From assembly GCA_016931955.1 (NCBI GenBank), contig JAFGDV010000044.1:1-26459 (forward strand): 26,459 bases of DNA, given 5' to 3'. The notes under the pieces are model-generated. The model was given only the letters and a program-made list of their open reading frames with translations, was not told the origin of the DNA and made no database searches. The translations under genes were made by a program, and so were the position numbers. The stretch comes from Candidatus Altiarchaeota archaeon. GTDB lineage: Archaea > Altiarchaeota > Altiarchaeia > IMC4 > QMZM01. This document shows positions 1-8,464 of the stretch, in pieces. Within the stretch, counting starts at the first letter, position 1; every line of letters begins with the position of its first letter.

Positions 1-133
1 AACAACCACACCCTAAAGGGTGTGGTATGTACTTACAAACACACTAAAATGTCAAAAACAAAGGAGGTGCAAGCGCAAGGTAACGGGGTATACGCAATTC
101 CTCCGTGGACTAAAGTCCACGGTATCCTTGCGT
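1..133. mobile_element. Non-autonomous IS200/IS605-family palindromic mini-element (PATE/MITE-like); left edge probably clipped by the window
   Basis: Hairpin ACCACACCC-TAAA-GGGTGTGGT (5-26) preceded by AACAACC. Second hairpin CCGTGGAC-TAAA-GTCCACGG (103-122) sits in CAATTCCTC...TATCCTTG with outer ACGCAA/TTGCGT pairing. Both resemble the ends of IscB/TnpB-carrying IS200/IS605 elements; no transposase between them. Confidence 0.7.
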
Positions 134-157
134 GTTTGTAATGATAGGGGAATATAT

Positions 158-358
158 GTGGCAAGATGGATGGGGATTGGCTTCTTTTTCATTGGAGCGT
201 ATTCTTTCCTCGTTGCAGGGTTAATCTACCTCAGAGGAATATCTGTTGAATGGTATATGAATCCCGGGATATTAATCTTTATCCTACTTCCAATACCAAG
301 GATGGCTCTTCGAAGATTTGAGAGAACGCAGCAGAGTAGTATGGACATAATCCATTGA
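158..358 (+). CDS. Small two-TM membrane protein, or 3' remnant of a gene interrupted by the mini-element
   Basis: Two hydrophobic stretches (MGIGFFFIGAYSFLVAGLIYL; PGILIFILLPIP) and a T-tract after the stop. Start uncertain (GTG 158 or ATG 170); the 20-157 part of the listed ORF is mostly element sequence. Confidence 0.4.
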   Translation: MARWMGIGFFFIGAYSFLVAGLIYLRGISVEWYMNPGILIFILLPIPRMALRRFERTQQSSMDIIH

Positions 359-428
359 AGGTTTTTTTAGCTCTTAAGGATTGGGGACAATATGTTATTA
401 GTGTCTTAGTTCTGATCTGAGGTATTCT

Positions 429-698
429 TTGAAAAAAACGTGCTGTAAGCCGAAAAAATGCGGCAACATGGATGGGTTTATAAGCAAGTGGGTGACAAAC
501 GCGGACAATACAACCTACCACATGGGCCCCGTTATCATCGGTCTATGGCAGAAATGCGACGGCAACAGAACCCTGGATGATTTAACGAAGCTGATGTCCG
601 AAGAAAACACAGAAAACGAGTACACTCCAACAATAATCAAAGGAATGCTCGACCTACTTGAAGCGAGGAAATTAATAACGTACACAAATCCTATATAA
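429..698 (+). CDS. PqqD-family / RiPP recognition element (RRE)-like protein
   Basis: 89 aa; IGLWQKCDGNRTLDDLTKLMSEE...IIKGMLDLLEARKLI matches the PqqD winged-helix pattern (W..CDG.RT...I...L....LI). TTG start preceded by GAGGT. Confidence 0.7.
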   Translation: MKKTCCKPKKCGNMDGFISKWVTNADNTTYHMGPVIIGLWQKCDGNRTLDDLTKLMSEENTENEYTPTIIKGMLDLLEARKLITYTNPI

Positions 699-705
699 GT
701 ATAGA

Positions 706-963
706 ATGACCGAACTGCTGACCTCAGACAAGGACATAAGCTGGTATCTAGAGGAGATCATATCCCATGCGGAAGAGATCCGAGAACTCTATGATCAAGG
801 AGATAAGATCTATCGGGGAAAGGAAACCTGCCGAGCACATGCTAGGGTGGAAGCATACGATCTGATAGTGCTTACAGCTGAGGCATTCCAGCTTCCAGGG
901 ATAATAGAGCAAGTACCTGGAGAAATACTAGAGAGATTCAACCAGAAGAGGCTAAAACAGTAG
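706..963 (+). CDS. Hypothetical helical protein
   Basis: 85-aa ORF 7 nt after the PqqD-like gene; no recognisable motif. Confidence 0.55.
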   Translation: MTELLTSDKDISWYLEEIISHAEEIRELYDQGDKIYRGKETCRAHARVEAYDLIVLTAEAFQLPGIIEQVPGEILERFNQKRLKQ

Positions 964-1446
964 CTCTTTGATGGGTTTCCTGTCGGAGGATCTCTTCTTC
1001 TCTACTGGATGGCCTAAGGCCACCACAGCCATGAGTTCGCAGGATTCTGGGGCATTCAGGATTCTTTTCACCGCATCTTTGTTCTTCAGGATTTCGCCAA
1101 GCCAGACCGCTCCCAGTTGACGGGAGTGAGCAGCTAAGAGCATGTTCTGTATGCATGCGCCTACAGCCAGCACATCCTTGGTTCGATCATAGCTTGCTGC
1201 TTTATCCAAGAAGACCGCAATACAAACAGGCGCACACTGGATGACTTCACCGTAGTGGGTCAGCTTGGATAGGCCCCCCTTCACCTTAGGATTCCTCACA
1301 ATAGAAAACCTCCAAGGCTGATTGTTTAATCCGGACGGAGCCCACCTACCAGCCTCCAGTATTTCCCTGACAGCTTCTTCAGCCACGTCCTCTGAGGTGA
1401 ACTCGCGAACGCTCCTCCTGCTCTTTATTAGGTCCAGCACGTCCAT
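952..1446 (-). CDS. Nitroreductase family flavoprotein
   Basis: IKSRRSVREF, WAPSGLNNQPWRF, QNMLLAAHSRQLGAVWLG, ALGHP and RKP motifs. Confidence 0.93.
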   Translation of the reverse strand: MDVLDLIKSRRSVREFTSEDVAEEAVREILEAGRWAPSGLNNQPWRFSIVRNPKVKGGLSKLTHYGEVIQCAPVCIAVFLDKAASYDRTKDVLAVGACIQNMLLAAHSRQLGAVWLGEILKNKDAVKRILNAPESCELMAVVALGHPVEKKRSSDRKPIKELLF

Positions 1447-1484
1447 CCCAGATAAGATTTAGACAGAACCACATAAATATTTCT

Positions 1485-3641
1485 ATGAGGAAAAACCCGA
1501 CGATACCGCTGCTGCTGATAGGCTTCGTCTCAGTCATAGGGCAGACCCTCCTCATGAGGGAGTTCATAGTAGTCTTCCAAGGAAATGAACTAACCCTCGG
1601 CTTAATACTTGGAAACTGGCTTCTACTGACGGCCATCGGAAGCTACATGGGGGGTATTTTGTCGGAGAAATACGATTTAAAAGAGAGGGACTTCGCAGTT
1701 TTGCAAGTAATCGCCGCCATCATCCTACCGGCTCAGATATTCCTCACCAGGGTCACAAGAAACCTCTTAGGCGTAGGCCAGGGCGAACTCCTCGGATTAG
1801 GGCAGATCCTCGGCTCAACATTCCTGATACTGGCACCCATTTGCATAATACTCGGCTTCCAGTTCTCCCTCGGCTGCAGGATCTACTCCAGAGAAAAAAA
1901 TGTGGAGAACATAGGCAAAGTCTACGTCCTAGAGTCAGCAGGTTCCTTGATCGGGGGGGTATTGTTCAGCTACCTGCTAGTAGGATACTTGAGCGCATTC
2001 CAGACCGCTTTCCTGGTGGCGATTCTGGCTTTGACTGCAGCTCACCAATTGCTCGAGAAAACAGAGAGATGGAGGCTGGGAGTCTACCTTTTCCTAGTCA
2101 CCTTGCTGCTTTGCTTCATGAACGCCTCCAGCCTGGAAAAACTATCCCACAACCTGCAATGGGGCGCCGACTTCATAAGCTCGGAAGACTCAATCTACGG
2201 CAACATAGCAGTACTGGAACGAAGTGGACAATACTCTGTCTACGAAAACGGTCTACTGCTTTACTCTACCGGAGACATAGAAAAAAATGAAGAAATCCAT
2301 TTCACGATGCTCGAGCATCCGAGCCCAGAGAAGGTCCTGTTGGTGGGTGGAGGCGCCGGGGGCGCATTAAAGGAGATACTAAAGCATCCCATAGAAGAGG
2401 TAGTTTACGTTGAACTGGATTCAATGATCCTTGAGGTTTCGAGGAAGTATATACCAGAGAAAGATCTCACTGCCTTGGATGATCCTCGAGTTATGGAGGT
2501 CATGGGTGATGGCAGGTTGCTCATCAAAGAAAGCAAAAACGTTTATGACGTGGTCATAGTGAGCCTCCCAGAGCCAAGCACCGCCCAGTTGAACAGGTTC
2601 TATACCCAAGAATTCTTCCAGGAGGTGGAGAGCATATTGAGCGATGATGGGATAGTGTCCATAACAATCCCCTCATCTGAAAGCTATGTTGGGAGGGAGG
2701 AGGGGATCCTTGGTGGAAGCATATACAAGACAATAAATACTGTTTTCCCGGAGGTGATCATTATCCCCGGGGAGAGAAGCATCATCCTCGCCTCAAAGGA
2801 TATTGGGGTGCTGACCTATGATCCAAGGACATTAAACAATAGAATGGAAGATAGGGGTGTTAAGACTGTCTTCCTCCATGAGCCCTACATAGGATACACG
2901 CTTTCAAGCGACCGGATAAACCACACCCTAAGTTCAATTAGTGATGATTCAAACAACGTAAACACGGACCTCAGACCAGTAGGCTACTACTATTACATGC
3001 TCCTCTGGAGTTCATTAACCGATGAAACGCCCATAACCTATGGGTGGGCTCTGATTACTGCATCCGCCATTATTCTTCTGATCCTTCTAAGGCACTCAAG
3101 GAGTCCAGTTATTCCACTAGCAACCCTCGTCGTAGGGCTTATAGGGATGACCCATGAAGTAATAATGCTCTTAGCATATCAGGCGTTGTACGGTTACGTC
3201 TATCATAAGATAGCCCTCATAATAGCTGCTTTTATGGGCGGCTTAGCCGTCGGGGCATTCTCCATGAACCAGATGACAGACAGGGTAAACAAAAGACTGT
3301 TTGCTGGGATACTGTTTTCAATGACCGCATACACGCTGCTACTGCCCACGATTCTGAAAGCGGCTGCTGTGTTTCCATCCGATTTTCTGTTCTCCCTGCT
3401 CGCAGCCGCCTCAGGTTTCCTTGTCGGCTTAGGATTCCCGTTAGCGAGTAAACTCTACCACCTAGAGGATAAAGGGATAACGGAGACTGCTGGAACAATC
3501 TATGCTTCAGACCTCTTTGGAGCATTCATGGGCACGATTCTCTCAAGCGCAATCCTGATACCGCTGATGGGGATAACGAACGTATGCATCTTATTGGCTG
3601 CTCTTAGTTTCATAGCTCTTACGATGGTCCTTATCGGGTGA
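1485..3641 (+). CDS. Fused MFS-like membrane protein / spermidine-synthase-like SAM-binding domain
   Basis: About 7 N-terminal and 7 C-terminal TM segments flank a class I SAM-binding fold (VLLVGGGAGG, VYVELD, GDGR, YDVVIV, NRFYTQEFF, NTDLRP). Confidence 0.85.
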   Translation: MRKNPTIPLLLIGFVSVIGQTLLMREFIVVFQGNELTLGLILGNWLLLTAIGSYMGGILSEKYDLKERDFAVLQVIAAIILPAQIFLTRVTRNLLGVGQGELLGLGQILGSTFLILAPICIILGFQFSLGCRIYSREKNVENIGKVYVLESAGSLIGGVLFSYLLVGYLSAFQTAFLVAILALTAAHQLLEKTERWRLGVYLFLVTLLLCFMNASSLEKLSHNLQWGADFISSEDSIYGNIAVLERSGQYSVYENGLLLYSTGDIEKNEEIHFTMLEHPSPEKVLLVGGGAGGALKEILKHPIEEVVYVELDSMILEVSRKYIPEKDLTALDDPRVMEVMGDGRLLIKESKNVYDVVIVSLPEPSTAQLNRFYTQEFFQEVESILSDDGIVSITIPSSESYVGREEGILGGSIYKTINTVFPEVIIIPGERSIILASKDIGVLTYDPRTLNNRMEDRGVKTVFLHEPYIGYTLSSDRINHTLSSISDDSNNVNTDLRPVGYYYYMLLWSSLTDETPITYGWALITASAIILLILLRHSRSPVIPLATLVVGLIGMTHEVIMLLAYQALYGYVYHKIALIIAAFMGGLAVGAFSMNQMTDRVNKRLFAGILFSMTAYTLLLPTILKAAAVFPSDFLFSLLAAASGFLVGLGFPLASKLYHLEDKGITETAGTIYASDLFGAFMGTILSSAILIPLMGITNVCILLAALSFIALTMVLIG

Positions 3642-4965
3642 ACTTTATAGGCTTCGTTCCAATCTTCCGGATCAATCCATCATCGACCATCCTACCCAAC
3701 GTGTTCCTCAGATGGTACTCTGAGATGCTGAACTCATTTTTCAGCTGGGACACTGTCTTCGGTTCTCTCATCTCCTTCAACAATGCGTTTTCTATATAGG
3801 CCTTAGACAGCTTCTTCAGGATTGGTATCCTAATTCCAGACCTCTTCTCCAGTATCCGAAGGCGGCCTATGAGGGCCTGCCAACGGAAATTCGGATCCCT
3901 CTGCTGTTTCACGTATTCCAAAAAAAGCATGTCCCAGCAAAGCTTCTCTTCCTTGAGTATCTTCTCACAATCCACGATAACGCAGGGCTCACTTGAAAGA
4001 GACTTGGACAGAAAGGTATTCTCAGGCGAATAATAGTAGGTCGTCTTTTCTTCTCTTGATTTGGATTCACCCACGGATTCCATGATCTGTGACTGAATGT
4101 TCAGCCAGGGATCAACGACGTCAAAGTGCAGAGCCAGCTCGTCTACGCTAAACAGATCCATCCTGTGATCGTTTTTTACATAAAACTCACAGACCTTAGA
4201 TAGCATCTCTTCACCTTCAGCGCACTTTAGAGAATGGATGAATATCTCCTCAATCATCAGTTCCTTTGGGGGTACATAGTAGTAGGAGAACTCCGATGAA
4301 TAATCCACATCAAACTCATTAAACCTTGAAAATGCAGTCAATGAACCATTAACTGAATTCTTCGTCTTCAGCAGCTTTCCCTCAGGCGAAGACCATACCT
4401 GAAAAGTCTTGGACATACTCTCAGACAAGTCTTTAATAGTCTTTAAAAATCCTATGAGGCTCCATCTGCCCTCTTTTAACCTGAAAAGCCCATGTTTCTG
4501 GTCCACTAAAGGCCTCAGCTCTTTGAGGTACTTGTAGACGGATGGGGGGGATATATGGCATTCCACGGCAATCTGGTCTATGCTCCGCCAGTCAAGAAGG
4601 GACTGCAATACCAACAACCGTTCTCCGACAATTGACTCAAGACTAAAATCCTCATGAAGCAAGTGGTGAAGATAATCAGCAATGTCGTTCTCCTTCAATT
4701 TAACAGTATTATTCTCCCCCCCTACAAGGGAAAACTCCTTCAGCTTTCTTATCGATAGGTATATTGAAACCCTTGAACGCTGTGTTTCCTCCCTCAACTC
4801 CTTCAGGCTTTTTCCTCCTTTCACCAAAAGCCTCTGGAGGATAAGGACATCAGTATTATTAAGGATCAGACTCTTAGGCTTCTCGTATTCTTTCGGCTTC
4901 TCATCCCTTTCCCTCCTCTTCTCGACAGCTTCCTTAAGTATGCTCCAGTCACTCAAAGATTCCAT
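3631..4965 (-). CDS. Multi winged-HTH protein resembling archaeal HTH / DUF6036 nucleotidyltransferase-associated regulators, with the NTase core apparently absent
   Basis: Three wHTH-like segments (SLKELREETQRSRVSIYLSIRKL; SIDQIAVECHISPPSVYKYLKEL; TVSQLKNEFSISEYHLRNTLGRMVDDGLI) and a central LTAFSRF...YYYVPPKELMIEEIFIHSL segment. Start ATG 4965 or GTG 4980. Confidence 0.6.
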   Translation of the reverse strand: MESLSDWSILKEAVEKRRERDEKPKEYEKPKSLILNNTDVLILQRLLVKGGKSLKELREETQRSRVSIYLSIRKLKEFSLVGGENNTVKLKENDIADYLHHLLHEDFSLESIVGERLLVLQSLLDWRSIDQIAVECHISPPSVYKYLKELRPLVDQKHGLFRLKEGRWSLIGFLKTIKDLSESMSKTFQVWSSPEGKLLKTKNSVNGSLTAFSRFNEFDVDYSSEFSYYYVPPKELMIEEIFIHSLKCAEGEEMLSKVCEFYVKNDHRMDLFSVDELALHFDVVDPWLNIQSQIMESVGESKSREEKTTYYYSPENTFLSKSLSSEPCVIVDCEKILKEEKLCWDMLFLEYVKQQRDPNFRWQALIGRLRILEKRSGIRIPILKKLSKAYIENALLKEMREPKTVSQLKNEFSISEYHLRNTLGRMVDDGLIRKIGTKPIKFTR

Positions 4966-4987
4966 CTTACTCAAGCTCACAAAGCCA

Positions 4988-6481
4988 TTATCTGAAATCG
5001 CTCTCTTTAAATGCGATAACCTTGTATCTGTAGATCTTCACATCAGGCTTCCTCCAGCAGTCGCTTGGAAGAAAGGCCTTATTACAGAGGCTGGACAGAA
5101 AATCCTCCTTTTCAGGAATCTGCTCCCAGACCTGTGGGAGATAGGTTGCACCCCTGCCTTTGTAGTCCAAGATTATACCGTCAACACCTGGTTGAATCCT
5201 CTCAAGATATTCCTCAGGTGAATCGGCGGTTATCAATTCAGGTAACGTGAGAACTGAGACCTCTATTTCTATATCGTCGAGTTCATTAGCAGTCACCGGC
5301 GAGAACCGAGGATCATTGAATGCCGCGTTTATGGCGTTATCCCTCACGTCCAAGTACAGCGGCTGGATGGGCTCAAGGTGACCGATGCAACCCCTAAGCT
5401 GGCCGTTCTTCTCCAGGGTTACGAAGACGCCCTTTTTTTCCCTCAACTTGGGGTCGTCTGTCTTCGGCTCAAATTTCTTCCCCTCCCCAACATAGAGCTC
5501 TACTGTATCCCTAGCCACCTCTAATAGATACTTTTTTTGTTTTTCACTCAATTCTTCTCCAGGTTTTTCTTCGCCTGAGTAGAAGGCTATTGAAGCATAT
5601 CCTACAACGCCGGATCTGTCACCTGTCACATCACCGGAGTTCATATACTTCAGCAACTTAGTAGACCAGTTAAGCTTCTCCGCGATCTCCATCGTCACGA
5701 GAACGGGAAAGTAACCACACATCTCACACCCCTCAGCCTTAGCATCATCTAAGGCCACGATGGATTCAACGCAGTAATTATCCAACGTTAAGGCTTCGTT
5801 GTAGGGGTGATAATGTGATAAGTCCGTGCTTGCAACGATAAGAGTTCTCTCATCCAAGTGTTTTATGATCAGATCAGAGAATTCATCGATTTCATCCCGA
5901 GACATTCTACCCACTATTACTGGAACAATCTCAAATTCCTTCAGGGAATACTGCAGAAAAGGTATCTCTATCTCGGCAGAATGCTCTTTAGAGTGTGCAT
6001 CCGGTATCGTCGAAATCAGCTTGGATTCCTCCCTGAGTTTCTTCGCCAAGGAGGATATCTTGACCTCCCCAAGGGGGGTCTTATAGTGGGTGTAATTGGA
6101 TATAGACACACCATCCAACGGATAATGATGTGACGGCGCAAGTATGATGACTGTGTCATAATCCCCGCCTTCGATCTGTTTGAAGGCGTGGGCTGCTACC
6201 TGGCCAGAATATGCGTAGCCCGCATGGGGGACAACAAGCGCCTTTATCCTCCCAAGCTCCTGCTTCTCGGCCTTAGAGAAGAAGCCCTCTAACTGCCTTG
6301 AAAGCGCATCCTTTGATTCGGGATACCAGCTGCCAGCTATCACAGACTCGCGAACGTATTTTTTTTCAGAGGTCATGTTGCCACCCCCCTCCTCTGGCAG
6401 AGTAGTGCACCCAACCAGGAATATTAAAGATATGGCATAGAACAATAAAATACAATCCCTTATTCTAACCCCAGAATCCAT
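4988..6481 (-). CDS. amrB/amrA: AmmeMemoRadiSam protein B (MEMO1) - protein A (AMMECR1) fusion with putative lipoprotein signal
   Basis: MEMO1 motifs AGSWYP, PHAGY, EHSAE, STDLSHY, MCG, NSGD, VVGY; AMMECR1 motifs GVFVT, LRGCIG, DPRF, ATYLPQV. N-terminal RIR + hydrophobic stretch + LVG-C. Start 6481 overlaps the amrS end; alternative start at 6376. Confidence 0.92.
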   Translation of the reverse strand: MDSGVRIRDCILLFYAISLIFLVGCTTLPEEGGGNMTSEKKYVRESVIAGSWYPESKDALSRQLEGFFSKAEKQELGRIKALVVPHAGYAYSGQVAAHAFKQIEGGDYDTVIILAPSHHYPLDGVSISNYTHYKTPLGEVKISSLAKKLREESKLISTIPDAHSKEHSAEIEIPFLQYSLKEFEIVPVIVGRMSRDEIDEFSDLIIKHLDERTLIVASTDLSHYHPYNEALTLDNYCVESIVALDDAKAEGCEMCGYFPVLVTMEIAEKLNWSTKLLKYMNSGDVTGDRSGVVGYASIAFYSGEEKPGEELSEKQKKYLLEVARDTVELYVGEGKKFEPKTDDPKLREKKGVFVTLEKNGQLRGCIGHLEPIQPLYLDVRDNAINAAFNDPRFSPVTANELDDIEIEVSVLTLPELITADSPEEYLERIQPGVDGIILDYKGRGATYLPQVWEQIPEKEDFLSSLCNKAFLPSDCWRKPDVKIYRYKVIAFKESDFR

Positions 6482-7598
6482 GAATACCTTCCCCGCAATT
6501 TTTACATCTTCCATCTTCTATCCTGTTTTCTACTACATAGAAGCCCTGCCTCTCAATCAATAAGTTCTTACACGAAGGACAATAGGTGCTCTCAAAGCCC
6601 AATCCAGGGAGGTTGCCGACATAGACGTATCTTAAGCCCGAATCTAAAGCCATATTCCTCGCGGTCTTGAGGGTCTCTGCGGGGGTGGGAGCTAGATTGC
6701 TGAGCTTGTAGGCAGGCCTGAACCTCAGGAAATGCACTGGGTGATTAACTCCGATGTTGTCTACGACCCAGTCCACGAAGGCCTTTATCTGCTCGTAATC
6801 GTCGCTCCACCCCGGTATCACCAGGTATGTGAGCTCGAACCACTTATTTTCCTCCTTCAGGACAATGATCGAGTCAAGGATAGGCTGCAGACTCCCCTCA
6901 GTGAGGCTCCTGTAGACCCTATTAGAGAAACCCTTCAGGTTCACATTACCTGCGTCAAGAAACCTGCAGAGCCCCTTCAGGGGTTCTGGATTAATATACC
7001 CGCAGCTGACTATCACGTTCTTTATGCCTTCCTCCTTGGCGAGCTTCGCCGTATCGAGCATGTATTCATAGAATACTGTCGGCTCAGTATAGGTATAAGC
7101 TATTGACCTGGCATTGTATCTCTTCGCGTAAGCAACCACATCCTCCGGCGACAGGTCAAGGTTCTGGGTTTCATCAGGCTTCGCCTGGGATATCTGCCAG
7201 TTCTGACAGTACTTGCACCGCAGACAGCAGCCTGCCGTCGCGATTGAAAAAGCATTTGTTGAAGGCAAGAAATGAAATAACGGTTTTTTCTCTATTGGGT
7301 CCAGATGAGCAGCACAAGGGTTCCCGTAGCCGAGAGTATATAGTTTTCCACCCTTGTTCATCCTTACGCCGCATAAACCCCTCCCGTTATCAGCTATAAC
7401 GCATCTATTAGGGCATAAAGCACATCTCACAATGTTATCGCCCAAGCCTTCATAGAAAAGAGCCTCCCTGAGGGAAACCTCGGGCAGTGCAGTACTCGCC
7501 TGCTTCAATAGATAGTCTGCGGCAATAACCGACACACCTAATCCAGCCCCCACTACGGCAGCCTTCTTGATGAATTCTCTTCGGGTTATACCCTCCAT
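6465..7598 (-). CDS. amrS: AmmeMemoRadiSam radical SAM enzyme with twin-arginine signal
   Basis: CALCPNRC, GLCGVR, DPIEKKPLFHF, CxxxCxxC (CCLRCKYCQNWQISQ), AYTYTEP, C-terminal CPSC...CKNC. N-terminus ITRREFIKK followed by a hydrophobic region. Confidence 0.95.
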   Translation of the reverse strand: MEGITRREFIKKAAVVGAGLGVSVIAADYLLKQASTALPEVSLREALFYEGLGDNIVRCALCPNRCVIADNGRGLCGVRMNKGGKLYTLGYGNPCAAHLDPIEKKPLFHFLPSTNAFSIATAGCCLRCKYCQNWQISQAKPDETQNLDLSPEDVVAYAKRYNARSIAYTYTEPTVFYEYMLDTAKLAKEEGIKNVIVSCGYINPEPLKGLCRFLDAGNVNLKGFSNRVYRSLTEGSLQPILDSIIVLKEENKWFELTYLVIPGWSDDYEQIKAFVDWVVDNIGVNHPVHFLRFRPAYKLSNLAPTPAETLKTARNMALDSGLRYVYVGNLPGLGFESTYCPSCKNLLIERQGFYVVENRIEDGRCKNCGEGIHGFWG

Positions 7599-7601
7599 TC
7601 T

Positions 7602-7760
7602 CTAACCTGCCAGATCATCATCCTCTAAAAGGTCGTCTACTGCTTTCTTGAATTCATTGACGGCTTCCGCAAGAGACCTCGCCAATTCCGGCAATTTCTC
7701 CGGACCGAATAGGATTACGGCCATGATAAATATCAAAAGCAGCTCTAGTGTTCCTATCAT
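7602..7760 (-). CDS. tatA: TatA/TatB-family translocase subunit (not in ORF track)
   Basis: Hand translation: MIGTLELLLIFIMAVILFGPEKLPELARSLAEAVNEFKKAVDDLLEDDDLAG (52 aa), with the FGPEKLP signature; ATGA overlap with the tatC stop. Confidence 0.92.
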   Translation of the reverse strand: MIGTLELLLIFIMAVILFGPEKLPELARSLAEAVNEFKKAVDDLLEDDDLAG

Positions 7761-8464
7761 CTACGCCCACCCATAATCCAAGATATGAGGATGCTTACCT
7801 CGTACAATAATATTATGGGAACAGCCACTAATATCTGGGTGAACACCGAAGGATCAGTTATCACAGCAGCCACTATGAAGGCCCCAAGGACCACATACCT
7901 CCTCCTAGAACTCAAGACCATATGATCCACCAACCCCAGCCTTGATAGTACAGCAACGATCAGAGGCAGCTGAAAGATTAAGCCGAATAAAACAACCAAG
8001 GTGATGGCAAAACTGAAGGCTTGGTTGAGGCTGAACATGGGAAGCGCTACAGGATATGAAACATTTATGAGAAAGTTCATTGTCACGGGCAGAAGGAGCC
8101 AGTAAGCGAAGACATTGCCTGCTAGAAACAACAGAGTGGATGAGATCAACAACGTCAATGTGAGGGTTTTTTCCCTCCCCAAGAATGCTGGCGCCACAAA
8201 AGACCAGAACTGATAGACCAAAACAGGAAAACTGAAGACTAAACCCAATAGCAGTGAAACCTTCAACTCAACCATCAACGCTTCTTGGGGAGAAATCACT
8301 ATCAAGAACACATTTCCCATCAGATCCGCTCTAACCCTCTCCAATAGAAAAGGGACCACCGGAAAGGAGACAATGGATGCAAAAACGAATGCAAAAAATG
8401 ACACCAGAAACCTCTTCCGCAGTTCTCGCAGATGCCCGAAGACTGGCATTTTCTCCTGCTTCAC
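7757..8464 (-). CDS. tatC: Twin-arginine translocase subunit TatC
   Basis: HLRELRKR, YQFWSFVAPA, FGLIFQLP, RRY, AAVIT-DP and LLYE motifs; 6 TM. Confidence 0.96.
   Translation of the reverse strand: MKQEKMPVFGHLRELRKRFLVSFFAFVFASIVSFPVVPFLLERVRADLMGNVFLIVISPQEALMVELKVSLLLGLVFSFPVLVYQFWSFVAPAFLGREKTLTLTLLISSTLLFLAGNVFAYWLLLPVTMNFLINVSYPVALPMFSLNQAFSFAITLVVLFGLIFQLPLIVAVLSRLGLVDHMVLSSRRRYVVLGAFIVAAVITDPSVFTQILVAVPIILLYEVSILISWIMGGRR

Noticed and set aside
706-963. Faint resemblance of the N-terminus to DUF86/HEPN toxins
   Set aside because: Too short, no R-x4-H motif in the expected position and no adjacent MNT antitoxin.
429-7598. PqqD plus radical SAM as a RiPP cluster
   Set aside because: AmrS lacks SPASM/twitch features, lies about 6 kb away in another operon, and no precursor peptide is evident.
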